Shown piece after piece: positions 30,574-38,449 of a stretch of DNA of 64,000 nt. Under the pieces are notes generated by a model that did no database searches, was not told the origin of the DNA, and worked only from the letters and a program-made list of their open reading frames with translations. The first letter of the stretch is position 1. Each line of letters begins with the position of its first letter. The position numbers were made by a program, and so were the translations under genes. This stretch comes from Patescibacteria group bacterium (lineage in GTDB: Bacteria > Patescibacteriota > Patescibacteriia > UBA1558 > GWA2-36-10): contig JBAZKN010000001.1 in NCBI GenBank assembly GCA_041650755.1, forward strand, positions 238,886 through 302,885. The letters are read 5' to 3'.

Positions 30574-32013
30574 CTATGTTCCTCTGACTAAATTATAAGT
30601 TCGGCGCAAAAGTTTCCCCAAAAAGCCGCGCTGTTCTATGGCTAGACCAGATAAATATTCCGTCAAATAAATGTCAGCACTAAAAGCAAAGAAGCGATGT
30701 CGGATGCGCCACTCAAACCATTTTTTGATTGGCCCCAAGCGCCAATTCAAAAACTTGAAATATTCTCTGATCCGCCAAACCTTTTGAGCATCAACCCAGG
30801 GTGAATGAAAATTTTTGCGGAAGCGATCAATCTTGCCCCAATCCTCGGTTCTGGACGGCGGCACAAAACCATTTTGAATAGCAAAATCATACATGCGTGA
30901 TCCGGGATAAGGCAAATAAGCACCCAGGGTAAAAACTGCCCGGGGGTGTAATTTATAAATCTGATACATTAAATCAATAGTTGCTTCAAACTCTGCCTTA
31001 GTTTCGGTGGGCAGACCGACAATCGCTGAATAAGAGGCCGGCAAATCATGATGATGGATAATCTTGACGGTAGATATAATCTTCTCGGTGGTAATTTTTT
31101 TATCGATCATTTCCAGAAGACGATTGCTGCCTGATTCAACGCCGATCAACATGTCAAAGACTTTATAGTCTTTGAGTTTCTGCGCCACCTCGTCATTTAT
31201 AGAATCTATCCTGATCTCAAGGTGTGAGGGCAATTGAATCCTTTCCAAAATCTCAAAGGCTCTGTTTTTGTTAACAAAAAAATTATCATCATAAAATTTG
31301 ACAGCGTCTATCTGATAATTCTCTTTTAGCCACTTGATGTCCTCTACCACCGCGTCAATTGACCAGGCTCGCCATTTGTTTTTATTAAATAAATTGTTAT
31401 AGCAAAAAGCGCAATTAAAGGGGCAGCCGCGGGAAGTCTTGTAAGCAATCACCCGCTTATATTTGCCCAAAGGAAAAATAAATTTTTCTATATCCTGAAG
31501 TAAGGCGAAATCCAGACGATACTGATCCAAATTTTCTATAAAAGGCCGCCAAGGATTAACTATTGTCTGGCCGGCTTGTTTGTAGCCGACGCCCAAGACG
31601 CCAAGCGGTGCCAGGTCGGCTTTTATCTTCTCGGTCAATTCAATAATTGTAATCTCCCCCTCAGAGATCACCACATAATCAATATAGTCTTCACTTAAAC
31701 ACTGCTCTGGCAACAATGACGGATGGATACCGCCCCAAACTATCGGGATATTGCTCTGTGCTTTTATTTTTTTTGATAATTCGGCACTATGTTCGGTCTG
31801 TATGCCAGTCATGACTGACAAGCCCACATACAAAGGTCGTTCTTTGACTATACGATCTGCTGTTTGAGCTATTTCTTTTTCATTGATATTATAAAGCTCC
31901 ACTTCCCAGCCAGCTTGCTTTAGAGTACTGCCCACACACAAGATGCCCAGCGGCAAAATTTTCTCTGAGTGATCTTCGGTATAATTTATTTGTACCAAAA
32001 TAATCTTGGACAT
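30574..32013 (-). CDS. B12-binding radical SAM protein (class B rSAM)
   Basis: N-terminal B12-binding domain, then TSRGCPFNCAFC. Confidence 0.8.
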   Translation of the reverse strand: MSKIILVQINYTEDHSEKILPLGILCVGSTLKQAGWEVELYNINEKEIAQTADRIVKERPLYVGLSVMTGIQTEHSAELSKKIKAQSNIPIVWGGIHPSLLPEQCLSEDYIDYVVISEGEITIIELTEKIKADLAPLGVLGVGYKQAGQTIVNPWRPFIENLDQYRLDFALLQDIEKFIFPLGKYKRVIAYKTSRGCPFNCAFCYNNLFNKNKWRAWSIDAVVEDIKWLKENYQIDAVKFYDDNFFVNKNRAFEILERIQLPSHLEIRIDSINDEVAQKLKDYKVFDMLIGVESGSNRLLEMIDKKITTEKIISTVKIIHHHDLPASYSAIVGLPTETKAEFEATIDLMYQIYKLHPRAVFTLGAYLPYPGSRMYDFAIQNGFVPPSRTEDWGKIDRFRKNFHSPWVDAQKVWRIREYFKFLNWRLGPIKKWFEWRIRHRFFAFSADIYLTEYLSGLAIEQRGFLGKLLRRTYNLVRGT

Positions 32014-32015
32014 AA

Positions 32016-33461
32016 TTAATGCACAACAAATCTTTTGGCCAGCTTAAACTCAATCGGCCAGGAAAAAAATTTTAGTTTCCAGCGCAATTTGCATAATAAA
32101 ACAAAAATTAATTTAACCAACTTTTGCGCTCTGACGCTGGAACCCATGGCATTTTTTATGCTATGAGCGCCAAAGCGAACATAGGCTTCCATTGACTCAA
32201 CAAAATCCTTATCTTTGACCCAGGGAAAATTCTGTACTGTCAAATAGCTCAATTCATTGTGCACCAGCTCTGCCCAGGCATTGACTGATTGTGGCGCTTG
32301 CCAACCAGCCGCCAGACACTCCTCATACAGCTCCGAGCCGGGATACGGCCTAAAGGCTTGCGGCCCTAAAATCTGCACATCTTCACCCAATTTGATCAAA
32401 TCATCAATCAGCCCCAGAGTCATCATCATGTCTGCTCTGCTCTCCCCCGGCAGACCGATCATAAATGAATACTGCGGTATGATGCCGTGCTTTAGACAAG
32501 ACTTGGCTGAATAAATTATTTCTTCCGGAGTCACGTCTTTTTTTATTTTGGATAAAATGCTCGGACTACCGGACTCAGCGCCAAATGATAGCAAATAACA
32601 GCCTGATTTTTTGAGCTTGGCCATAAAATCATCATCAATCATGCCGGGCCTGATGTAGTTGGCTCGCACCGTAGTTTCCCAAGGTATAATCAAGTTTTCT
32701 TTGATCATGCCCTCGATAATTGCCCGCGCCCGCTTGATGTCGACAAAAAAATTCTCATCCCAAAAACGCAATTTTTTATCCTTAAAATAAGGTTGGCTTT
32801 TTATAATCCGCAAATCTTCAAGAACCTGCTCGGCCGTGCGAAAACGCCAGCGGTTTTTCAAAATAGCATTGATACAAAAAGTACAGCGATGCGGACAACC
32901 ACGCGAAGTCAATGAAGGGATCAAATATAAATTATGTAAAATTTCTTCTGGAACCAAATCCCACTTAAAGAGAGGCATCTTGGCCGGATCATGCAAGGTG
33001 CGCAAAGGATTAATTTTTACCTCACCAGCTTGCTTGTAGGCAATGCCATCAATGCCGGACCATTCTTTGCCTTGCACTATATCTAAGGCTGTCAGCTCGC
33101 CTTCGCCAAAACAAGCCAGATCCACCAGCGGATGGGCTATTGTTTGTTCAGTAAAAAAAGTCGGATGCGTGCCACCCCAGATAATAACTGCTTTGGGATT
33201 TATTTGCCTAATCAGCTGGCTGGCCTCAATGGCATGGGCCAGCTGCGTAGTCATAACCGACAAACCAATATAATCATAGTGTGGGGCTTTTTGCTTGATG
33301 AGCTCCAAATAATTTTTTTGTCTGACGCCGTCCAATATTTCCACTTTAATCCCCCGACTATCAAGATAAGTGGCAATACTCAAAAGACCAACCGAAACGG
33401 AGCTATCGTAATTCTCTTTGGCTATATTAAATGGCGGATTGATGAGTAATATTTTAGACAT
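32016..33461 (-). CDS. B12-binding radical SAM protein (class B rSAM)
   Basis: N-terminal B12-binding domain, then TSRGCPHRCTFC. Confidence 0.8.
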   Translation of the reverse strand: MSKILLINPPFNIAKENYDSSVSVGLLSIATYLDSRGIKVEILDGVRQKNYLELIKQKAPHYDYIGLSVMTTQLAHAIEASQLIRQINPKAVIIWGGTHPTFFTEQTIAHPLVDLACFGEGELTALDIVQGKEWSGIDGIAYKQAGEVKINPLRTLHDPAKMPLFKWDLVPEEILHNLYLIPSLTSRGCPHRCTFCINAILKNRWRFRTAEQVLEDLRIIKSQPYFKDKKLRFWDENFFVDIKRARAIIEGMIKENLIIPWETTVRANYIRPGMIDDDFMAKLKKSGCYLLSFGAESGSPSILSKIKKDVTPEEIIYSAKSCLKHGIIPQYSFMIGLPGESRADMMMTLGLIDDLIKLGEDVQILGPQAFRPYPGSELYEECLAAGWQAPQSVNAWAELVHNELSYLTVQNFPWVKDKDFVESMEAYVRFGAHSIKNAMGSSVRAQKLVKLIFVLLCKLRWKLKFFSWPIEFKLAKRFVVH

Positions 33462-34617
33462 TTTTTATCTGACTAATCAATTCTACGGTTTGTTTGATGG
33501 TGCTGTCCCAATTAAAATCAGCTAATTTCGCTTTAGCTTGCATAGTAAACTTTTTAGCTAAATCATGGGTGCTTAAAATTTTTATAGTGGCTGTCTGCAA
33601 AGCCGGCAAATCATTGTAAGTCACCAGCCAGCCACTCACGCCTGACTCAATCACTTCTGGATTGCCGCCAACATTAGTGCTGATAATAGGCACTTCCGCG
33701 CGCATGGCTTCCAATAAGGTATGCGACAAGCCTTCATAATTTGTATTTAAAATAAATAAATCGGCTGCCCGAAAATAATTAATAATCTGATGATGGTCAA
33801 TAACGCCCAAAAATTCAACCTGGTCAGCTATTTTTAAACTTTGGGCCAGCTCTTTTAAATTTTCCAATTCAGCGCCAGCCCCCAAAATCAATAGCCTAGT
33901 CGGTCCAAGCTGTTTGATGATCTGGGGTAAAATTTTTATGAGCCCTGACATCCCTTTCCAGGGCACCAGTCTAGCTGCCGAGATAATGATTTTTTCTGAA
34001 GCAGGATACTGCTGCCTGATCCTACCTGCTGCCTGCTCATCTAAAGATTCCTCACTGATGAAATCAACCGAATTATAAATGACTTTTATTTTTCCATCAC
34101 TCACGCCAATTTTTTTAGCTAGCTGGGCAATAAAATTGCTGACAGCGATAACTTTTTCAGCAGCTAATAATATTTTTTGCCGGCGCAGTTTCAGCTTTTC
34201 AATTTTCTCATCATATTGCCTGTCCTGAAAATCCATAATATAATCATAGGTCCAACCCATGGCTGTGGCTGTCTCCCAAGCGCTATCCCCGGCAAACCTG
34301 ACAATATATTTTTTGCCGAAAAATTTATTCAACAACCAGGCAAAATAGCCGACGCTATAAGTATCGGTTGCATATACCAAGTCAGCTTGACTTGCCAAAA
34401 AAAACATTTTGGCCAAATAATGCCAGCGGCTATAAAATCTATTCTTGGCAATCCGATAAACGAATCCTTTTTCATCGGCAGAATTTTTCACCGCAGAATA
34501 AGTAATGATCTTAACGCCAAAACCGTGCTCTTGCAAGGATTTGGCCAGAGCTCGCAATATGGTAGCTGGACCACCGATATCAGGCGGATATAAGCCAGTG
34601 GCGATTAATATTTTCAT
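33454..34617 (-). CDS. Glycosyltransferase family 4
   Basis: ISAARLVPWKGMSGLIKIL...EAMRAEVPIISTNVGG. Confidence 0.75.
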   Translation of the reverse strand: MKILIATGLYPPDIGGPATILRALAKSLQEHGFGVKIITYSAVKNSADEKGFVYRIAKNRFYSRWHYLAKMFFLASQADLVYATDTYSVGYFAWLLNKFFGKKYIVRFAGDSAWETATAMGWTYDYIMDFQDRQYDEKIEKLKLRRQKILLAAEKVIAVSNFIAQLAKKIGVSDGKIKVIYNSVDFISEESLDEQAAGRIRQQYPASEKIIISAARLVPWKGMSGLIKILPQIIKQLGPTRLLILGAGAELENLKELAQSLKIADQVEFLGVIDHHQIINYFRAADLFILNTNYEGLSHTLLEAMRAEVPIISTNVGGNPEVIESGVSGWLVTYNDLPALQTATIKILSTHDLAKKFTMQAKAKLADFNWDSTIKQTVELISQIKNV

Positions 34618-34631
34618 CTTTAGGATAACAA

Positions 34632-35351
34632 TTATTTTTTCTCAAACACGCAGACTAAGGCTTGACCCCAGTTTTTTAAAAAATCCAGCCGGCACAGCTT
34701 GTCATCAATGGTATGAATAAAGCGGTTACTAAACCAAAACCTGGGCAAACCTAAATAATGCAAGGGTGGCCAGAGAGTGGAAGCTCTGGATTTTTTCAGC
34801 TGCCAACCATTGGCTGACATGAACCCCAGCCATTGTTTGAGATTATAATCATATTGATGCTGATCAGGATCCCAGCCTTCCTTGATAACAGTGCGTGAAT
34901 GACGTCGCAAAATTTTACGACCAACAAATTTAAAAAAATTTTCCCATTTGTCGTGCATGGCCGGAAAAGTGATCAAAATACGGCCACCAGCCTTGGTCAG
35001 ACGATGCATTTCTTTTAAAACCAAATTGGGATGGATGACATGCTCAATAATATCGATGGCAATGCATTTATCAAATTGCTCGTCTAATGGTATAGACTCC
35101 ACGTCAGCCTGGACAGTCACAAAGTTTGCAATATTATTTTCTTTCATCAGGGCTCTGGCTGTAGCTAGCCTCTCTTCATTGATATCAACGCCGATCATTT
35201 TTTTAAATTTACCCTTATAAACTAGGGCTTGGACGCCATCGCCGCAACCAACATTTAAAACTGAATCTTCTTCTGTCAGGGGAAAAAATTTAGGATAAAT
35301 AATGCCGGAAATTAACTTACCTTTTTTAAATTTTATTGCCATTGACCCCAT
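34632..35351 (-). CDS. Class I SAM-dependent methyltransferase (first gene of the long minus-strand glycan operon)
   Basis: VLNVGCGDGVQAL is motif I; TKAGGRILITFP follows it. Confidence 0.75.
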   Translation of the reverse strand: MGSMAIKFKKGKLISGIIYPKFFPLTEEDSVLNVGCGDGVQALVYKGKFKKMIGVDINEERLATARALMKENNIANFVTVQADVESIPLDEQFDKCIAIDIIEHVIHPNLVLKEMHRLTKAGGRILITFPAMHDKWENFFKFVGRKILRRHSRTVIKEGWDPDQHQYDYNLKQWLGFMSANGWQLKKSRASTLWPPLHYLGLPRFWFSNRFIHTIDDKLCRLDFLKNWGQALVCVFEKK

Positions 35352-35414
35352 AAATTAATAATAAAAATTGGGAATTTTTTGGCCATAATTCTTGCCAAAA
35401 GATTAATAATGGGC

Positions 35415-35443
35415 TTGCATTAAGTCCATAAATTCTATAAAAT
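35415..35443 (+). promoter_or_regulatory. Putative promoter TTGCAT-N17-TAAAAT for the plus-strand GT4 gene
   Basis: TTGCAT at 35415-35420 and TAAAAT at 35438-35443. It overlaps the divergent minus-strand -10. Confidence 0.3.
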
Positions 35444-35470
35444 TATAACAGAAATGCTAAAAAAAATCAA
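35442..35470 (-). promoter_or_regulatory. Putative promoter of the 16-gene minus-strand glycan operon: -35 TTGATT, 17-nt spacer, extended -10 TGTTATAAT
   Basis: Minus-strand TGTTATAAT is the RC of plus attataaca at 35442-35450. It lies ~84 nt upstream of the ATG at 35351. Confidence 0.4.
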
Positions 35471-35500
35471 TAAATAATTTATCTAAAATTAGCCAAAAAT

Positions 35501-36697
35501 ATGCCCGAATTAGAAGCTCATAAACTACAAAATAAGAAGATCCTCTATCTGGTAACCCAAACCAAATGGGGTGGCGCACAAAAATATGTGCTCCAATTAG
35601 CCAAATATTTCAGCCAAAATAACCAGGTAACTATTGCTTTTGGCGAGGATGGCGGCCTTGACCCGCAATTTTTGGATGCCTGCCGGGCAATGAATATACG
35701 CACCATTACCCTCAAAAATCTGGTGCGCGAAATAAACATCCCCAAAGAAATGGCAGCCATCAAAGAATTGGCTAAAATATTAAACAAAGAAAACTACCAC
35801 CTGATTCATCTCAACAGTTCAAAAGCCGGCTTGATAGGCAGCTTGGCAGCCAAGCTGTATGCCAGCAATCCTTTTAATACCAAATTGCGCATTGTCTATA
35901 CCGCCCATGGTTTTGTATTTAATGAAAGGCTAAACCCTTGGATGAAAAAAATCTATGTCGCCTCAGAGACTTTCTCGGCCGGCCTGCAAAATCTGATCAT
36001 TGCCGTCTCTGAATATGACAAGCGGACTGCTCTAGCCAACAAAATTTGCCCGGCCTACAAAATCTTTGTGGTGCCCAACGGCATTGATCCGGCAGATTAT
36101 CATTTTTTGGATACCGACTCTGCCCGACAAGCGCTGCATTTGGCGCCAAATAAAAAATATTTCGGCACCATTGCCAGTTTTTATGCTAACAAAGGATACA
36201 CTTATCTGCTTGAGGCTATAAAAATCTTGCAAGACAAAAATTCTCCCCTGCTGAAAAATTGCTCTTGGGTTTTTATCGGCGATGGTCCAGAATTGGAAAA
36301 TATAAAAAAACAAATAGCCGCTGCCCATTTAGAAAATTTTATAACTATCATTGGAGCCAAAGACCAAGCCTGGCAATACTTATCAGCTTTTGATTATTTT
36401 ATCCTACCATCTATCAAAGAGGGTATGCCTTATACTATTTTGGAAGCCGGCTTGGCCAGAGTGCCGATTATAGCTAGTCGGGTGGGCGGCATACCGGAAA
36501 TTATTGATGACCAAAAAACCGGCTTGCTTACTTTGCCGGCCAATCCCCTGTCCTTAATTGAGGCCATGGAAAAAATAAGCGGCCATCCTTCTTTTGCCAA
36601 GCAACTGGCTCACCATAACTATCAAAATATTATCAGTCGCTTTTCTCTGAAAAAAACTTTGACCAGCACTGAAGACTTGTACCTAAAATTATTTTAG
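35501..36697 (+). CDS. Glycosyltransferase family 4
   Basis: GTIASFYANKGYTYLLEA...EAGLARVPIIASRVGGIPE. Confidence 0.75.
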   Translation: MPELEAHKLQNKKILYLVTQTKWGGAQKYVLQLAKYFSQNNQVTIAFGEDGGLDPQFLDACRAMNIRTITLKNLVREINIPKEMAAIKELAKILNKENYHLIHLNSSKAGLIGSLAAKLYASNPFNTKLRIVYTAHGFVFNERLNPWMKKIYVASETFSAGLQNLIIAVSEYDKRTALANKICPAYKIFVVPNGIDPADYHFLDTDSARQALHLAPNKKYFGTIASFYANKGYTYLLEAIKILQDKNSPLLKNCSWVFIGDGPELENIKKQIAAAHLENFITIIGAKDQAWQYLSAFDYFILPSIKEGMPYTILEAGLARVPIIASRVGGIPEIIDDQKTGLLTLPANPLSLIEAMEKISGHPSFAKQLAHHNYQNIISRFSLKKTLTSTEDLYLKLF

Positions 36698-36706
36698 CCA
36701 AAAAAT

Positions 36707-38425
36707 TTATAAGTCTATTTTATAAACCCGAAAAACAGTCTGCTGTCTGGCATCTTTTATTTCTCTTACCAGACTAGCCGGCGGCAAACTATTCTCCCAT
36801 TGGTTTAAGCTTTGCAATAATTCCGGGGTCACTGTTGCCTGGATGGGCAATTTATCAGTCGGCGCAATATAATACACCTGCCTTACCCCCATTTCCTTTA
36901 GGACAGCGGGCTTATCTTTTATTTTTGATGCCTGATAAGCCTCAAAAGACACTACCGGCCAGGCTTGATATAGCATCCGCCGAGTCAAGGACCAGACAAT
37001 GCCCTCATTATTTATACGATCATTATAAACAAATAGCCAGGGCTCTGCTTGGCCAATCTGTTTGGCAAAACTTTGACTGATCAAATTATCAATATTGGCA
37101 TTGACGGCCGTCAGCTTTACCGCCGGACGCTTATCTTGCAATAAATTATCCAAATAGTTGTCCAGCTGGTTATAGCCATAATTGTAGGCTTGATACTTGA
37201 GCCGAGAATAGCTGACGCCCTCTTGGCCTATTTTTTGGTAGCTGATATTGGTATTATAGCTAAAAAATGCTTCCCACAAACAAAGCGCGATAATCAATGG
37301 ATAGCTGATATTTTTTGGCCAAGATTGGCAAAAATTTAATATAGCCAGAGCTAAAAGTAAAGATAGCCAAGGCATCAATAATGCTAAAAATCTAGCCGGA
37401 CTGCCGATAAAAATAAACAAAACAATTTGCCAACCAATAATCAAAATCAACCACCAGAAATTCTGGCTGGTCTTTTTTAGACCGTTCTTAATAATTTTAT
37501 AAAGCGCCCAAATAAAACTCAGTGAAAATAAATAAAACAAAGATGGCGACAAAGAATATTTTAAGCCAGACACCATAAATGGCAAGCTTTCCAGTTTGCT
37601 GGGAATTTCCGCTCGCCCGGGTCTAGCCTGCCAGGCAGCGACCGACTGCTTGAACATAAAAGATAATTGGAAATCAAAGTGGCTAAAATTGCGATATAGA
37701 AAAATATTATAAATAATATATGGCGAACAAATCAGCAAGGTGAGCGTCAGCCCCCAATATAATTGCCTCATCCTAAAAATATCGCGACGCCAAATTATTA
37801 AGTAAGTAAAAAATACCGGTAACAAAACTATGGTAGTCAACTTGGTCATCAGGGCCAACCCCAAAACTATGCCCCAAACATAAAAATACTTTTTATTTTC
37901 TACGGACTTCAAAAATAACCAAACGCCCAAAAGGATCAACAAGATCGAGAGCGATTCTTGCAAAGCCAAGCGCGATACCCAGACATGGAGATTGTTGACC
38001 GCCAATAAAATAGCCGCCAGCCAAGCGACCCGATTATTAAATAATCTTTTGGCTATCAGATAAAGCAAATAAATACTGACCAAGCCATACAGAGCCGGCC
38101 AAAATCTGACAGCTAGAAGGCTGACGTCGGTCATCTGCAGTTGCAGCCATTGCAAAAAAAAGCTAAAGCTGGGATGATCATGAAAAGACAGATAAGACCA
38201 CCACGGCCTAGTATTCAGCCACTCCAAGGGAGTAGTTTGATAAGGGGTGGCTAGCCAGTCAAAATATCCTATGCTCCGCAAAGCCAGGGAGGCCTCGTCA
38301 GTCAGAACGTCAGCTCTAGCCAAAGCAAAAAAACGCAAAAAAGCAGCCGCGGCCGCCACTAGCAAAAATAAATAAGTAAATCGATTTTTAAATTTAGCAG
38401 TAAAATTTAAAAAGATATTTGGCAT
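36707..38425 (-). CDS. GT39 / ArnT-like (PMT family) membrane glycosyltransferase
   Basis: 572 aa with 10 or more TMs. N-terminal region ADVLTDEASLALRSIGYF is typical of dolichyl/undecaprenyl-phosphate-sugar:protein or lipid transferases (GT-C). Confidence 0.7.
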   Translation of the reverse strand: MPNIFLNFTAKFKNRFTYLFLLVAAAAAFLRFFALARADVLTDEASLALRSIGYFDWLATPYQTTPLEWLNTRPWWSYLSFHDHPSFSFFLQWLQLQMTDVSLLAVRFWPALYGLVSIYLLYLIAKRLFNNRVAWLAAILLAVNNLHVWVSRLALQESLSILLILLGVWLFLKSVENKKYFYVWGIVLGLALMTKLTTIVLLPVFFTYLIIWRRDIFRMRQLYWGLTLTLLICSPYIIYNIFLYRNFSHFDFQLSFMFKQSVAAWQARPGRAEIPSKLESLPFMVSGLKYSLSPSLFYLFSLSFIWALYKIIKNGLKKTSQNFWWLILIIGWQIVLFIFIGSPARFLALLMPWLSLLLALAILNFCQSWPKNISYPLIIALCLWEAFFSYNTNISYQKIGQEGVSYSRLKYQAYNYGYNQLDNYLDNLLQDKRPAVKLTAVNANIDNLISQSFAKQIGQAEPWLFVYNDRINNEGIVWSLTRRMLYQAWPVVSFEAYQASKIKDKPAVLKEMGVRQVYYIAPTDKLPIQATVTPELLQSLNQWENSLPPASLVREIKDARQQTVFRVYKIDL

Positions 38426-38449
38426 TGCTTGATAAACAAGCTGATATAT

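Noticed and set aside
34177-34593. 138-aa plus-strand ORF
   Set aside because: Antisense to a GT4 gene that has clear GT4 motifs. Other 60-120 aa plus-strand ORFs across 19-35 kb are likewise shadows of minus-strand genes.
38426-38449. Small GCTTG-ataaa-CAAGC hairpin after the ligase-3 stop as a terminator
   Set aside because: Only a 5-bp stem and no U-tract. The 24-nt gap is more consistent with operon read-through into the GT39 gene.
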